A DNA stretch of 64,000 bases from positions 1,054,001 to 1,118,000 of the forward strand of contig OX442314.1 of NCBI GenBank assembly GCA_949358305.1, written 5' to 3'. This document shows positions 12,301 through 22,694 of this stretch, one piece after another. Under the pieces are notes generated by a model. It worked only from the letters and a program-made list of their open reading frames with translations, did no database searches and was not told where the DNA came from. Numbering within the stretch: position 1 is the first letter of the stretch; each line of letters begins with the position of its first letter. Made by a program: the position numbers and the translations under genes. Source of the stretch: Strigamia acuminata. Lineage: Eukaryota.

Positions 12301-14453
12301 CCGATATTAATAAAATAGATGAACTTTCAATTTATCCTGGAACATCTGAATTCACTGGCACGTCGCCCGAACAATCGCCATGTCAAACTCCACCACCTTC
12401 ACCTGCTCGGTCGCATCGCCAAACTCCACCAACTTCGCCTGACCGATCACATCATCAATCTGAAGCGTCAGCTGGACAGTTGGCTCATCAATCTCCGCCC
12501 GGTTCGCCAGCACGATATATCACGTATCGTCGTAAAGGGCGTGGAGCAGACTCAGGAAGTCATACTGTACCAGTATTCGATGACACCCCAATGTCTCCTG
12601 CTCCGATTCCTCCCATAACAGGAACTGAAGTTCCGGCAGCGACTGAGCGTCATACAGCACATATGTGGCGACTTGTCGGCGGGAATTCCGAATGTAGTAA
12701 TTGGAGACGCGAAGAGCATCTTAGAAAAGATCAAGTACCTGGGAAGATTAGGACCGACGTTTACTATTTTCCAATGCCTGGAATCAGACTCAGATCACCG
12801 AAAGACATTGAAGAATATTGCATGCTCAACAACATAGACTATGAGCCTGAACTTTTCACGTTCCGCAATATTGAATACACGTTGCCAATTATCCCAGGAC
12901 CCCAACATGCAGCCCATCTTTGTCGAACGGAACCGGCCTCTTATGCCGAAATACCCAAATTCACGGACGCTCCGAAATGGCGCGAAGCCATCGATGAGGA
13001 GCTGGGAACGTTCGTCGAGAGAGAGGTCTATGTAGAAGTCCCTAGACCACCTAACACTACCATCTTGGGCTGCAAGTGGATCTTCAAATTGAAGACGGAT
13101 GTAACCGGCACCATCACACGATACAGGGCCCGTCTAGTCGCGCAGGGATTTCGTCAAACGCTGGGCGTGGATTATGATGAAGTTTTCAGCCCAGTGGTGA
13201 ATTTTGTTTTAATTCGCCTATTCTTCTGTCTCCTGGTTGTGTTGCGTGGTTGGAAGGACGCCCATCTTGACATTAAATGTGCGTACCTGTATGGTGAGTT
13301 AAAACACAAGGTTTACATGAGGATCCCTGCAGGTGCCACATGCTCCGACCCCAACAACGTTTGGCTACTCGTAAAATCGCTCTACGGACTGCACCAATCA
13401 GGAAGGCAGTGGTTTGAAAAGCTGGATGAAGCCCTTCGAGATCTTGGATTTAAGAAGATGCCGGCATGTAACTGTGTTTACACATTTGGGAATTCTGCCG
13501 TAATGTTGATCTATGTGGATGATATTGTTCTCTTTTATGCTTCAGACAGCATTTTCAGCCAGTTACTTGCCCTCATTAGTTCAAAGTTCCAGATAGTTAA
13601 TCTTGGTCCAATCACGAGACTACTGGGCGTTGAGTTCATCCGTGACGCAGGGCGCACGTTCATCACACAACGTGCGTACATCGCAAAACTTGTGAAGAAA
13701 TTTGGCATTGCAACCAACAATCGCATCAAGGTTCCCGTGACTCCCGGCACCACACTCGTGAGAGGGTCAACCGAAAATCTGGCAGACTTTCCCTACAGGT
13801 CACTCATTGGATCATTATTATTCCTGGCGTCAAGAACGCGCCCCGACATTCTTTACTCAGTGATTGCTCTGGCACAATTCAACACATGCTACAATCAAAC
13901 GCATATCCGTGCATTGCTACAGGTCATGCAATACGTCGCCAACACTGCGGACTTGTGCATTGAGTTGTCCGGTTGCACATCATCACAACTGTGGGCATTC
14001 ACTGACGCGTCGTGGGCAAGCGATCCAGAAACATCCTTGAGCTTCGGTGGCTACATCACCTATGTTGGAAACGTACCGATCGGCTGGTCTTGCCGAAAAC
14101 AGTCAACCGTGGCATGCTCAACAATGGAGGCGGAGTTTATCGCCCTTGTTGAGTGTGTCAAGGAGCTGTATTGGTTGAATCACGTGTACACCCAGTTTCC
14201 AGCTTTGAATCGCCTATCTCGACCCGTCGTTCATTCCGACGCCCTGGCCAGCATACAGTTCACCTCAAACGATGTGGAGAACTCGAAGACTCGACATATC
14301 CGCGTTCGTTATCACTGGCTCAGGGAATGGTTCACGGCGGGACGCTTTGATCTCCGAAAAGTGGAAAGCGAGTTCAATGTCGCGGACATTTTCACGAAAT
14401 GGCTCAGTTCGGAGCGTCTACGATCGCTGATTGCCAACATCTTCAGATCATAG
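9390..14453 (+). CDS. Copia Gag-Pol polyprotein: Gag, CCHC knuckle, protease, integrase, MBD, RT, RNase H
   Basis: CFNCDQMGHYANRC; WIVDCGATDH; WHSRLGH..CNDC; HMDLWGP / RSDRGGEF / NGTAERINR; KSLYGLHQSGRQW, YVDD; TDASWA, STMEAEFIA, ADIFTK. First true ATG is at 9390. Confidence 0.96.
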   Translation: MKKASELSGGTVPVLTVGNYESWQRSMRMLLKSEGLWRHVTEEKEAEHLATLNEKEKDRYAVKKDKALGHIYIHVSEAKRSALDACNTPKQAWDKLATIYAPSSRARRAAMRWEFLSLQLKPGEDMPDFIGRVDHFVQQLKDVGENVSEEHHSFQYLKGLPPEYSQATFAVYHWPDANFTPTKVAEQLLSEQMRLKAMGLTNQPSAHTSKGQFRQRNQSRGPRDLSKIKCFNCDQMGHYANRCPQPPRGDGNQSTASVQRSSRSKSRRRNKNAAAKVEDNRPRGSSRPKREGTFFCSAPQIIERPTVHFMQSNEWIVDCGATDHVSHVRDWFTDFSNIQPFDIALGQGKSQVTGRGTVQLLTSVDGADCTINLKNVLFAPNFEANLISVSKIDKTNHHVHFFNGEVNVYQTDFRSPIIRARERGGLYYLDGLCSTHLVTPTVSTITQPPVQISLQPVQTLVTTEVDFDNVPKPKKGKSKLREISDFRITLPAIEPAKQMPVQQTPNPPLPAQVTIPPPTQKNPNIQSYVDILKSLPHAFLPSETSNPKQKVVANPTTVKDATGLWHSRLGHLHTNAMKLLAANEQVHGMEPAEVRQELACNDCRIAKSTRASHKPDPHPMTSKPLDLLHMDLWGPAPITSLGGSDYVFTIIDDATRYTWIFPLTHKSQTFAAFKDFVARVERVQNTTVKAIRSDRGGEFMSNEFLHYLQEKGIQGQRTNPASPQMNGTAERINRTMADSVRSIISETKLPDALWAELAVTFGYIKNRSPHSRLKHQVPYILWRQRDLSLRHLRKIGSKCWVHYTAPGRKKLEARAWEGYLVGYATSTRGYRVWNPVEDRVYESIHVKIDEHQSYRKSLRGSTQRPDETFLENGNGQQSVSFDDNVRYHRWPKGSDSDRSDNSDNDDDNGNDNQTSTSASMHTPLVYLPPPTTPEQRLLDACALELPSSASLRQSQSYPILWIPPDEDDTDADINKIDELSIYPGTSEFTGTSPEQSPCQTPPPSPARSHRQTPPTSPDRSHHQSEASAGQLAHQSPPGSPARYITYRRKGRGADSGSHTVPVFDDTPMSPAPIPPITGTEVPAATERHTAHMWRLVGGNSECSNWRREEHLRKDQVPGKIRTDVYYFPMPGIRLRSPKDIEEYCMLNNIDYEPELFTFRNIEYTLPIIPGPQHAAHLCRTEPASYAEIPKFTDAPKWREAIDEELGTFVEREVYVEVPRPPNTTILGCKWIFKLKTDVTGTITRYRARLVAQGFRQTLGVDYDEVFSPVVNFVLIRLFFCLLVVLRGWKDAHLDIKCAYLYGELKHKVYMRIPAGATCSDPNNVWLLVKSLYGLHQSGRQWFEKLDEALRDLGFKKMPACNCVYTFGNSAVMLIYVDDIVLFYASDSIFSQLLALISSKFQIVNLGPITRLLGVEFIRDAGRTFITQRAYIAKLVKKFGIATNNRIKVPVTPGTTLVRGSTENLADFPYRSLIGSLLFLASRTRPDILYSVIALAQFNTCYNQTHIRALLQVMQYVANTADLCIELSGCTSSQLWAFTDASWASDPETSLSFGGYITYVGNVPIGWSCRKQSTVACSTMEAEFIALVECVKELYWLNHVYTQFPALNRLSRPVVHSDALASIQFTSNDVENSKTRHIRVRYHWLREWFTAGRFDLRKVESEFNVADIFTKWLSSERLRSLIANIFRS
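12670..12870 (+). other. Methyl-CpG-binding domain within the Copia polyprotein
   Basis: WRREEHLRKDQVPGKIRTDVYYFPMPGIRLRSPKDIEEY...FTF matches the MBD pattern W.RE...RK.G....DVYY..P.G...RS...L..Y....F.F. Confidence 0.85.
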
Positions 14454-14677
14454 ACCTGCACTACCTTCAATAATGACATTCCTAAGTTATTTTTCCCAAA
14501 GTTGAGGATAATCGAGTTCAGTGGGAATCCTCGGGCTTCCTTAGTGAAGAGTTCTTCAATATCAGTACCCGGCTTGATTATTCGCCTATATTATTTGTTT
14601 TTCTGAATATAACACACTGTAATTCCAGCATCTGTTAGCTATCTCCCCTGTAATTATTCACCATCGAAGAGGGGATT

Positions 14678-15208
14678 TGTGGGTCTAAAGACCATTTATT
14701 TGATCGATGTCGAATGTTTCTGATGTCAATTTAGCGTTTTATTTCACACGATGTAAACTTTTACTGCTTTAGAATCAAATGCGGTATTTGTATTTGCTTT
14801 ACGATTGTTCCGTACGAAATTCCGTACGATTTATGTATCTACTAATGAGATTTGTTCTATTTTTCAATGTTAATGTTATTATCTGGCACTAGAGTGCCAC
14901 ACTTGTTTTCCTTGCAAAATCCAAGATGGCGCAACACACGGGCGTGTGTTGCCCTGACTGTTTATCCACATCAAAGTAATGTATTTTCGTTTAATTAAAT
15001 TGTTTTTAGTAGTTTTAACAATTGTACTTACTTTAAAGCACCTTCTGTGCTCTTTTGTGCGCGAATAAGCGGCCTTAAGCCGCGCGCTTGTTACGAAACG
15101 TATTGCGACGTATCGCAAACGTTCGCGTCGCAGACCGACGCCATTACGGCAATTTGCCGCACGCTTCTCGGCGATATCTCGCCGATATCTGCGCCCCTCT
15201 GTTCTACA
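14678..15208 (+). repeat. Copia 3' LTR
   Basis: Copy of 7954-8484, preceded by PPT and followed by TSD CATAT. Confidence 0.95.
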
Positions 15209-18200
15209 CATATTTAGGATTCGGCCTTCGCTCTCGTCGAGGACGAAGGCTAGTTCGCGGAACTACCGGTTGGGGTTTGCGGGGTTTTCGAGGTAGTTTC
15301 TTTGGAGTTTCACCTCTTTTCAACGCCGCTTTCTTTTCTATAGCAGTTAATCGTTGTCTATGTCTATGTTTAGACTTAATGGGCGCAGATTTGTCAATTT
15401 GCACCGAAGTTGAGTCGGATAATTCCATTGGAATTTCTGAGGAAGTTTCAGGAATTAATTCCATTTCTTCAGCATCCGGAAGCTGGTTACTTTCATCCAT
15501 CCATTTAAGATTTTCTTGAGGCGAGTAAGAGGCGGACTTTTGTCCTACTTTCCAAGTCTCAATCGGGTACGACGGAGTATAGGGATACAACGCTTTAATA
15601 TTTACTGATTTTTCAATCGAACCATCAGCTAATTTGCGTAATTTATACGCTCCGCCAGGAAGTACTTTAGTAATCTCCCATGGACCATCTCTCTTCTCCG
15701 CGAAACCAGCAGAAATATTTTTATCTGCGCACGAGAGAATGTGAGTTTGTTTCCAAACTAAATCTCCAACTTCGAACTCCGTAATTACGAACTTTTGTTC
15801 GTGTATTTTTCTATGCCGCTCAAAATTCAATTGAATTCTGCGATGCATCTCTTGATGCGATCTGCGCAATACATCCAATAGTACTCTGACATATTTTTCT
15901 GGATTTTCTTTGTCAAATGGATTGGCATGTTTAATAATCCTTGGGTCGAAAGGTAATGTTACGATTCGTCCCGTGTTCAGTAGCATCGGGCTTGAGCCGG
16001 TTGCTGCCGAAACATTATTTCGCATTGCGAATGCAAATTCGTCTAAATAACGCGGCCATTGCGTGTGCACGTCTGTGTACAGGGCCAGCATCGTTTTTAT
16101 ATCTCTATTGGCTCGCTCTGTCGGGTTCGCCTGGGCATGATACGTGCTCGTATGAGACGGGCGAATGTTGTACATATCGCAATACTCATTGTAAATATCG
16201 GAAACAAATTGTTTTCCGTTATCGCTCACAATCTTTTTGGGGTGTCCCCATCTGTTTGTAACAGATCTTAATTCTTGAACGCAGTTAGCGCTCGTGGCTT
16301 TGGTCAAAGCCTTAATTTCAACGAACTTGGTACAATTGTCAATAATGACAAAGATATACTGGTTTTGGGACCTTCCTGCGGGTTTCGGGCCCATCAAGTC
16401 CATGTTAATACATTCCCAAGGATTGGTCATGTTGTGTGGTGTGTACGGAGCTGCGTGCCTTTTCTGTTGAATAGGCTTGTACTGAGCACAGTGCGTGCAG
16501 CTTTTGACGTAGTTCCTGACACTTCTACTCATACCAGGCCAGAAATATATTAAACGCGTTTTCTCAAGCGTCTTACTCATCCCAGCGTGACCGCTTAGGG
16601 GGTGGCCATGACAAGTGAAGAGTACTCGCTTTACGAGTGCACTGGGTACAACGGCTTTAAAGCCATTTCCCGAATCGTTTAATTCCTCTTCGAACGAAGG
16701 GTTAAAATAGATGATCATTTGATCACCATCGACTTCTTTTTTGTCTAAACAATAGTTTTTGACTTTGTTTTTCCATTCTTTTATTTCAGATTGTGGTATC
16801 CCAACAACCTTGTCATTCAATAAGTATTCTCGAATGCGTTTGCATTCAATATCTAGTAACTGAGCATCTATTATTTCTCTCCTTGTAGGAGGGACTTCTT
16901 TAAGTACTTCAGTCAACGCACTGTACAAGGTTTCTTGTACTTCCTCCCCCTCCTTTTCTTCAGAACATTCTTTAGAATTTTCTGAAAAATAGGAACGCAC
17001 ACTAGCCAAATATTCTCGTTTCTCCGGGGCACGATTTAATGAAACAGAAGGATTTCCGTCCCACTCAGGCCAGTATTGTTTAATTTCGACAGGTTCCACA
17101 TGATCACGAAGAGGAATGTCTTCCTCTGTTAGTGGGGCTCTAGAAAGTGCATCTGCAACTTGGTTAGCAGCACCTTTTCGAAAAACAATTTTAAAATTTC
17201 CACATTGGATTCTTAAGGCCCATCGGCCAAATTTCCCAGATGGTTCAGGCGTTCGCATCAACCATTTCAGTGCTTCTGCATCTGACTCTAAAGTGAATGT
17301 ACCATATTCGAGATATGGTTTAAATCGATCAATAGCCCACACGACTGCGAGACATTCGAGTTCCGGCGTTGTATAACGCTTCTCCGCTCCACGTAAAACT
17401 CTGCTTGCATAAGCTACAGGTCTGGGTACAGAAATATTTTTCTGCTTCTTTTCATCGAATATATCGACGTCTTGGCAAAGGACAGCTCCTAAGCCTTCAT
17501 GTGAAGCGTCAGTCATGACAACAAATGGCAAAGTCATATCTGGTTTGTGTAGACAATTGTCACCACAAAGTAGCTCTTTAATTTTATTAAAAGCTTCTGT
17601 CTGCTCATCTCCCCATTCAAATGGAGTTTTCTCATTCATCATACGTGTGTATGGTGCGGCAATAGTTCCGTGATTTGGAACAAACTTCCTGAAGAAGTTA
17701 GTCATGCCGTGAAAGCGCTGAATGTCTTTAGCACACGTGGGGGTGGGAAATTTCATAATCGCCGATATTTTATCGGGATCACCGAAGAGACCTTCGGGTT
17801 TAATCCAGTGGCCCAAGAATTTTAATTCTGTACGCCCAAAACGAGATTTCGCTTTATTTATTGTCATGTTGGCTTGGTTAAGCCTTTCTAGAACATCTCG
17901 AACGTGTTTGAGATGATCATCCCAATTATCTGAATACACAATTACGTCATCCAAATAGACTAACGCGTAGTCTTGTAAAGCTGAGCCTAAAATGCCTTCC
18001 ATCAGACGCTGGAAAGTACAAGGCGCATTACAAAGGCCAAACGGCATTCGCACAAACTGATATGGACCATTTGGCGTGTAAAATGCCGTCTTTGGACGAT
18101 CTTCTTTACACATTTCGACTTGGTAGTAACCTTTAACAAGGTCAATAGACGTAAAATACTTTGCCGGACCAGTATTATGCAACAAAAGGTCAATACTTGG

Positions 18201-19325
18201 CATTTGTATTACTTCGACTTCAGTGATGGCATTTAGCCACCGGTAGTCAATGCACATCCTATACGAGCCGTCAGGCTTCGCAACAATGACGGGATGACTT
18301 ATGAAGGGCCCTTTGGCCTTTTCAATGAGTCCATCCTGTTCCAATTCTGCAGCTAGTTTGGTCATAATGGCTCTCTTGGCCGGGTTATACATTCTATACT
18401 GCATTTTGGGCAATGAATGCCCTTCTTTGAACTTAATACGATGTTGGGTCACGTTAGTGCACCCAACTTGATCACGAAATACATTCGGTATCGATTTAAC
18501 CACTTCGCGAAGTGCTAGTCGTTGTTCTGGAGTGCAGTCGCTCTCCTCAACTAATTTTTCATCCCAAGTCAACACAGGAGTGTCTGTTAACTCAATTGAG
18601 TTGAGGGTGGACGACAGTCCTAAATAATCGAAAGTAATTCGATTCAACGGGGCGAGGGCCAAATTGGCTTCTTCCGACTCATAAGGGGCGGACCAATTGG
18701 GTTTATCTGCACACGAGAACTCTTGTAAATGTGGATGCGGACTAATTTTCTGTCTGCGCATGAAATTGTGACCAAGTATCAAGCCACAAACTCGTTTTGC
18801 TAAAACGATGAAATTCATTGGTGTAAATTCATCAGCCCATTGCACGCACAAAGTTATTTGTCCGACAGGCTTGTGTGCTACGCCTACAGCGTTAACCAAC
18901 ATGTTTCTGGGGGCCTCTTGCAAAAATTCTGGCAAAGCCTGAGTTTCAGACAAGAGTTGTTCCCCAATGTAACATTGAGATGCTCCTGTATCCATGAGCG
19001 CGTTGTAGGTGAGCCCACCAATTGTGATCTTCATTCGAGGATCATCTTTATTATTACTTAAAGTAATATTGTGCAAATTATTACCGCCTATGACTCTGTT
19101 GAGTCGGCGAAGTCTACAGAATTTCTTCGTGTAACACTTGTGTGGAAATAATGTCAGATTTTTTAATTGTTCTGTCATTTCTTGCAGATTTTCCTCTACT
19201 CCGCCACTATGACTAGTGGCTACTTCAAGACAAGTTGTGTCTACATCCATAAATAAAGATTCCGATGTAGCATTAGCTACTTCTGGGGGATGGAATAAAC
19301 CTTCGTCCCCCGGATCTAGTTTTTT
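15204..19325 (-). CDS. Gypsy-A Pol (protease, RT, RNase H, integrase), entered by -1 frameshift; C-terminal 29 aa cut off by the Copia insertion
   Basis: ALMDTGAS; RMCIDYR, MPFGLCNAP, YLDD; TDAS, ECLAVVWA; HGHPLSGH..CTHC, DLMGP, SDNG, NPTERANR. Frame is open from the slippery site to the annotated Met at 19250. Confidence 0.95.
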   Translation of the reverse strand, partial: KKLDPGDEGLFHPPEVANATSESLFMDVDTTCLEVATSHSGGVEENLQEMTEQLKNLTLFPHKCYTKKFCRLRRLNRVIGGNNLHNITLSNNKDDPRMKITIGGLTYNALMDTGASQCYIGEQLLSETQALPEFLQEAPRNMLVNAVGVAHKPVGQITLCVQWADEFTPMNFIVLAKRVCGLILGHNFMRRQKISPHPHLQEFSCADKPNWSAPYESEEANLALAPLNRITFDYLGLSSTLNSIELTDTPVLTWDEKLVEESDCTPEQRLALREVVKSIPNVFRDQVGCTNVTQHRIKFKEGHSLPKMQYRMYNPAKRAIMTKLAAELEQDGLIEKAKGPFISHPVIVAKPDGSYRMCIDYRWLNAITEVEVIQMPSIDLLLHNTGPAKYFTSIDLVKGYYQVEMCKEDRPKTAFYTPNGPYQFVRMPFGLCNAPCTFQRLMEGILGSALQDYALVYLDDVIVYSDNWDDHLKHVRDVLERLNQANMTINKAKSRFGRTELKFLGHWIKPEGLFGDPDKISAIMKFPTPTCAKDIQRFHGMTNFFRKFVPNHGTIAAPYTRMMNEKTPFEWGDEQTEAFNKIKELLCGDNCLHKPDMTLPFVVMTDASHEGLGAVLCQDVDIFDEKKQKNISVPRPVAYASRVLRGAEKRYTTPELECLAVVWAIDRFKPYLEYGTFTLESDAEALKWLMRTPEPSGKFGRWALRIQCGNFKIVFRKGAANQVADALSRAPLTEEDIPLRDHVEPVEIKQYWPEWDGNPSVSLNRAPEKREYLASVRSYFSENSKECSEEKEGEEVQETLYSALTEVLKEVPPTRREIIDAQLLDIECKRIREYLLNDKVVGIPQSEIKEWKNKVKNYCLDKKEVDGDQMIIYFNPSFEEELNDSGNGFKAVVPSALVKRVLFTCHGHPLSGHAGMSKTLEKTRLIYFWPGMSRSVRNYVKSCTHCAQYKPIQQKRHAAPYTPHNMTNPWECINMDLMGPKPAGRSQNQYIFVIIDNCTKFVEIKALTKATSANCVQELRSVTNRWGHPKKIVSDNGKQFVSDIYNEYCDMYNIRPSHTSTYHAQANPTERANRDIKTMLALYTDVHTQWPRYLDEFAFAMRNNVSAATGSSPMLLNTGRIVTLPFDPRIIKHANPFDKENPEKYVRVLLDVLRRSHQEMHRRIQLNFERHRKIHEQKFVITEFEVGDLVWKQTHILSCADKNISAGFAEKRDGPWEITKVLPGGAYKLRKLADGSIEKSVNIKALYPYTPSYPIETWKVGQKSASYSPQENLKWMDESNQLPDAEEMELIPETSSEIPMELSDSTSVQIDKSAPIKSKHRHRQRLTAIEKKAALKRGETPKKLPRKPRKPQPVVPRTSLRPRRERRPNPKYV
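19285..19325 (-). promoter_or_regulatory. -1 programmed ribosomal frameshift signal (A AAA AAC plus downstream stem-loop)
   Basis: Gag ends TCA AAA AAC TAG; 7 nt later GGGGGA...TCCCCC can pair; the -1 frame is continuous with pol. Confidence 0.8.
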
Positions 19326-21563
19326 GAACTAGTAGCACTTGAATCTGTCGATTCGGGCTTGATCAAAGTTTTGACCATTTCTGCCAACGAGTTGGTCAGC
19401 GAAGTTTGTAACTTATTTTCAAAAGTATTTAATTTCGCGTCAAGTTTAGCATCTAGTGTTGCATCCAACACTTCTTGAGTTATCCACCTATTATTAGGTC
19501 GTTTAGAAGTAGGATCCACAGTCGGGGAATCCGGCGTACTTCGTTTTTGCAACTCTTCAGAGTTGAAATTTGCACGTGGTTTTAAATCCGGACATTCTCG
19601 ACGCATGTGTCCTGGTTTCTTACAGTGGTAACAAACTAATTGACCACGTCTGGTCTGATCTACTACTCCGTTTATTAAATAAACAGCCTCGCATTCCTCA
19701 GGTAACTCTTCTTCACAAATATTAAGTTGTTCTTGTGAATCCAAAGTTAAGGATTTAGCATTTGTCTTCGACTGAGGACGAGTGTCAGTTTTCCGAGGTG
19801 GGAAAACAACTGGATTGGAAATATTTTCCCTTGCTCCATTAGCTGTACGACTGTACAAGCCTTTATTTTTCGTTATAACGGCATAAATCTCTGTCAGAGG
19901 CAGATCCGCTATGCCTTGCGTATGCAAAAGCAAATCATTAGCAGGAGTTACACTCCCGATAAAAAGACAACCAGCCCCTTTTGCATCAAGACTGTCTTGT
20001 AATATCCATAACTGGTAATATTTGTGCATAAAGTCGTAAAGACTTTCTGTTTCCAGTTGTTTCAACTTAGTTAGTTGGTTCGTCCGCTCTTGTCGAGTGG
20101 CTACAAACCGTTCTTTGAACGCCTGTTCAAATACTTCCCAAGATATGAAATCTTCTCTCCTTTCATGAAACCAACCATGCGCTTGCTCGGTTAGATAACC
20201 GGCTACGCCTTTAACAAGCATGTCATCGAGTGACATGTTTTCGCAGGAAAGCGACATTTTTTACAATGTTGAGAAAGCGTTCGCTTTCTTCTGCTTTTCC
20301 GGAGAATACAGGGATATCCGGGGGCTTCAAACTGTTAGTTTGAGGGACAGTGGCGGAACTTTTTCCTGCCTGCATTAATTTGTGCATGGTTGTGGCAATT
20401 GACGCGAGGTCATCAGCCGTCATTCCAAAACTACTGGGGGGGCGCGAGTTGTCGTTTGACGACCCGCCATTATTTGGTTGACTCGAGTTATTTTGACTTG
20501 AGCCACCACTATTAGGGTTGAAATTATTCGACCCTCCTTGATTTGACCTGCTGTGGTTACCAAAGTTCGAATGGTTATTCGAATTGCCTCGGTTCCCATA
20601 ATTCGAATGATTATTAGAATTACCCTGATTGTCAAAATTCGGACGGTTGTTCGAACTTTCTTGATTACCAAAATTCGGACGATAGTTCGAATTACCTGGC
20701 GTACCTCGATTCAAATAGTTATTTGAATTTCCTGGAGTTCCAGTAGAAGGATTATTTAAATCATTCGGATTATTTGGGTTATTCGAGTTTGGAGGAACTG
20801 GGTGACCCCTTTGCATGTTAGGTGCTGGACTAGAATTGTTTGCAAATCTAGAATTTGGGTCAAAACGGCGGTTTGGACCTCTTGTCGCACCTGAATTTGG
20901 GTTCGAATTTCCAGCGAGATTCGGACAACTATTTGATCCGTTTATAAAACTTGGATTAGGGTTGGCCATATTAGGCGGACCCAAATTCGCTCTGTTGAAC
21001 GTATTCTCAAAGTTCTCTGGATTTGTAAATCCTCTTTGTTGGTTGCGAGCGAAGTTATTCGCTCGTAATCGTTGTTGGAAAGCACGATTAAAATCTCCTG
21101 GTGTCAAATTCGACTGATCTTGACGAGGAGGTTGTGCATTTTTATTTCTATATCTAGAAATAGGCGTCGAAGGAGTGGGACTAAAATTATTTAATCTTTG
21201 GCTGGCTGGGGAATTAGGTTGCTCCGACGTAGCACGTTGCGCGTGTACAAAATCTAACACTTCGGTCAAAGATCTAAATTGGTTTGGGTTCAAACCGTGA
21301 TCCTGACAAAATAATAGACCGCCTCGGCCTAAATGAGAACCTTCAGGAATGCATTCCTCTTCTCCAGGCGGAGTAGGTTCTCGTGGAGCCCTATTCTCTC
21401 CAGATGGTCCGGCTGTTTCATTTGAAACGCCATTATGGACCGCGTGGTTTTCCACTTCTTCAGTTCCATTAGGAACAGGTATAAACCCGGATAGATTCAT
21501 TCCACCGGTCAAACAAGTTCTTTCCTTACCACGGGTGTTCATGTGATGCTGGTTATTAGTCAT
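19316..21563 (-). CDS. Gypsy-A Gag, split by a single extra A at 20257-20262; Asn-rich N-terminal half, capsid region, CCHC knuckle
   Basis: ORFs 20223-21563 and 19316-20257 join as FSGKAEESERFLNIVK-MSLSCENMSLDDMLVKGVAGYLTEQAHGWF if A6 is read as A5; CYHCKKPGHMRREC knuckle. Confidence 0.85.
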
Positions 21564-22674
21564 AACTAAACTTAAAACTAAGAAAATTTCCTAAATCTGA
21601 GAGATAACGATGAAGTTGCAAACGTTCAGGAGGATCGCAAACGAAGCAGTGGTCACACTAGTTCGAATGGAAGTATGAATACTTCGATACACCTCTCTGA
21701 TTGGTCAAGTATCAACGCTAGTCTCGCGAGAGTCCAATCTCGTCCGAGATTGGTGGAAATCATCAAATTCGTGGAACCGTAATCTTGACAGACTCCAGTG
21801 TTATGACGTAGTCACCAAACAAAATGGATACTTTTCAAAATATTTTTATATTTTAAAATATCACCGCATTTATTAATAAATGAATGATCACCTTTATGGA
21901 ATTTTTTAAAGTTTTTAAACTCGTAATTTCAAAAGACGCGCCGATTCGTTTGAATCGACGGCTTTTCTGCACAACACAGGTTGCTAGGCAACACAACAGC
22001 GAGAATTCTTCTTCGCTAAAATTCGAATGGTATTCAATTCGTAAAATTCGATTTCAATGGCTTGAGATCACGATTTTTAACCAACATTTTAATGTAGATC
22101 AAGTCTGTAAATCAGGTAAACCCACTTTGAAATAAAATATAAATTTTAATTCCTTCGAAAAAAATGTCAATTTCTTTCTAATTTATTTAGGCAAATAAAT
22201 TTAGGTTTAACTTGAAGTCTCAAGCAAAATACATATGAAAGAGTATTCTAAAATTAAAACAACTGTTAAATTGATAGAATTCTTTAAGAATTCCATCAAA
22301 AGTCAACTTTTCAAAATTAGGCCCGACCGCGTGGTTTTGTCAGATTGTCGACGAAAAAATGACGTTACCCGGGCGGAACCAAATTCAACAAATTCGGGCA
22401 AGACTCTCATTCTCGGGGTTAGGCCTTTAGGCCTGACCACGCGGTAGAAATTATTATTTTGTTAAAACGTATAATTTCCACGACGGAGAATAAAGAACAA
22501 AGTGAGTTACACTTATTATCTCGCGAGAAGTTCTACAACAGAATAAAATATATTAAACATAAATAAATCTCAAACGAAATTTATTTTTCACACAAAAATT
22601 ACCATAAACGTTACACTACTCGAATTCATCATAGACATGCAAAACTTCAAATTTTATTTAAAATTTGGCAGCCT

Positions 22675-22692
22675 ATCTCGGTAGAACCTCCA
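22675..22692 (-). promoter_or_regulatory. Gypsy-A primer-binding site, tRNA-Gln
   Basis: Minus strand TGGAGGTTCTACCGAGAT 2 nt from the LTR; plus strand ATCTCGGTAGAACCTCCA matches the 3' end of tRNA-Gln with CCA. Confidence 0.85.
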
Positions 22693-22694
22693 CT

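Larger units (their letters stand above)
7954..15208 (+). mobile_element. Complete Ty1/Copia LTR retrotransposon encoding an MBD domain (CopiaMBD type)
   Basis: 531-bp LTRs that appear identical (7954-8484, 14678-15208), TG..CA ends, 5-bp TSD CATAT (7949-7953, 15209-15213), PBS, PPT GAAGAGGGGA, intact polyprotein. Confidence 0.97.
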
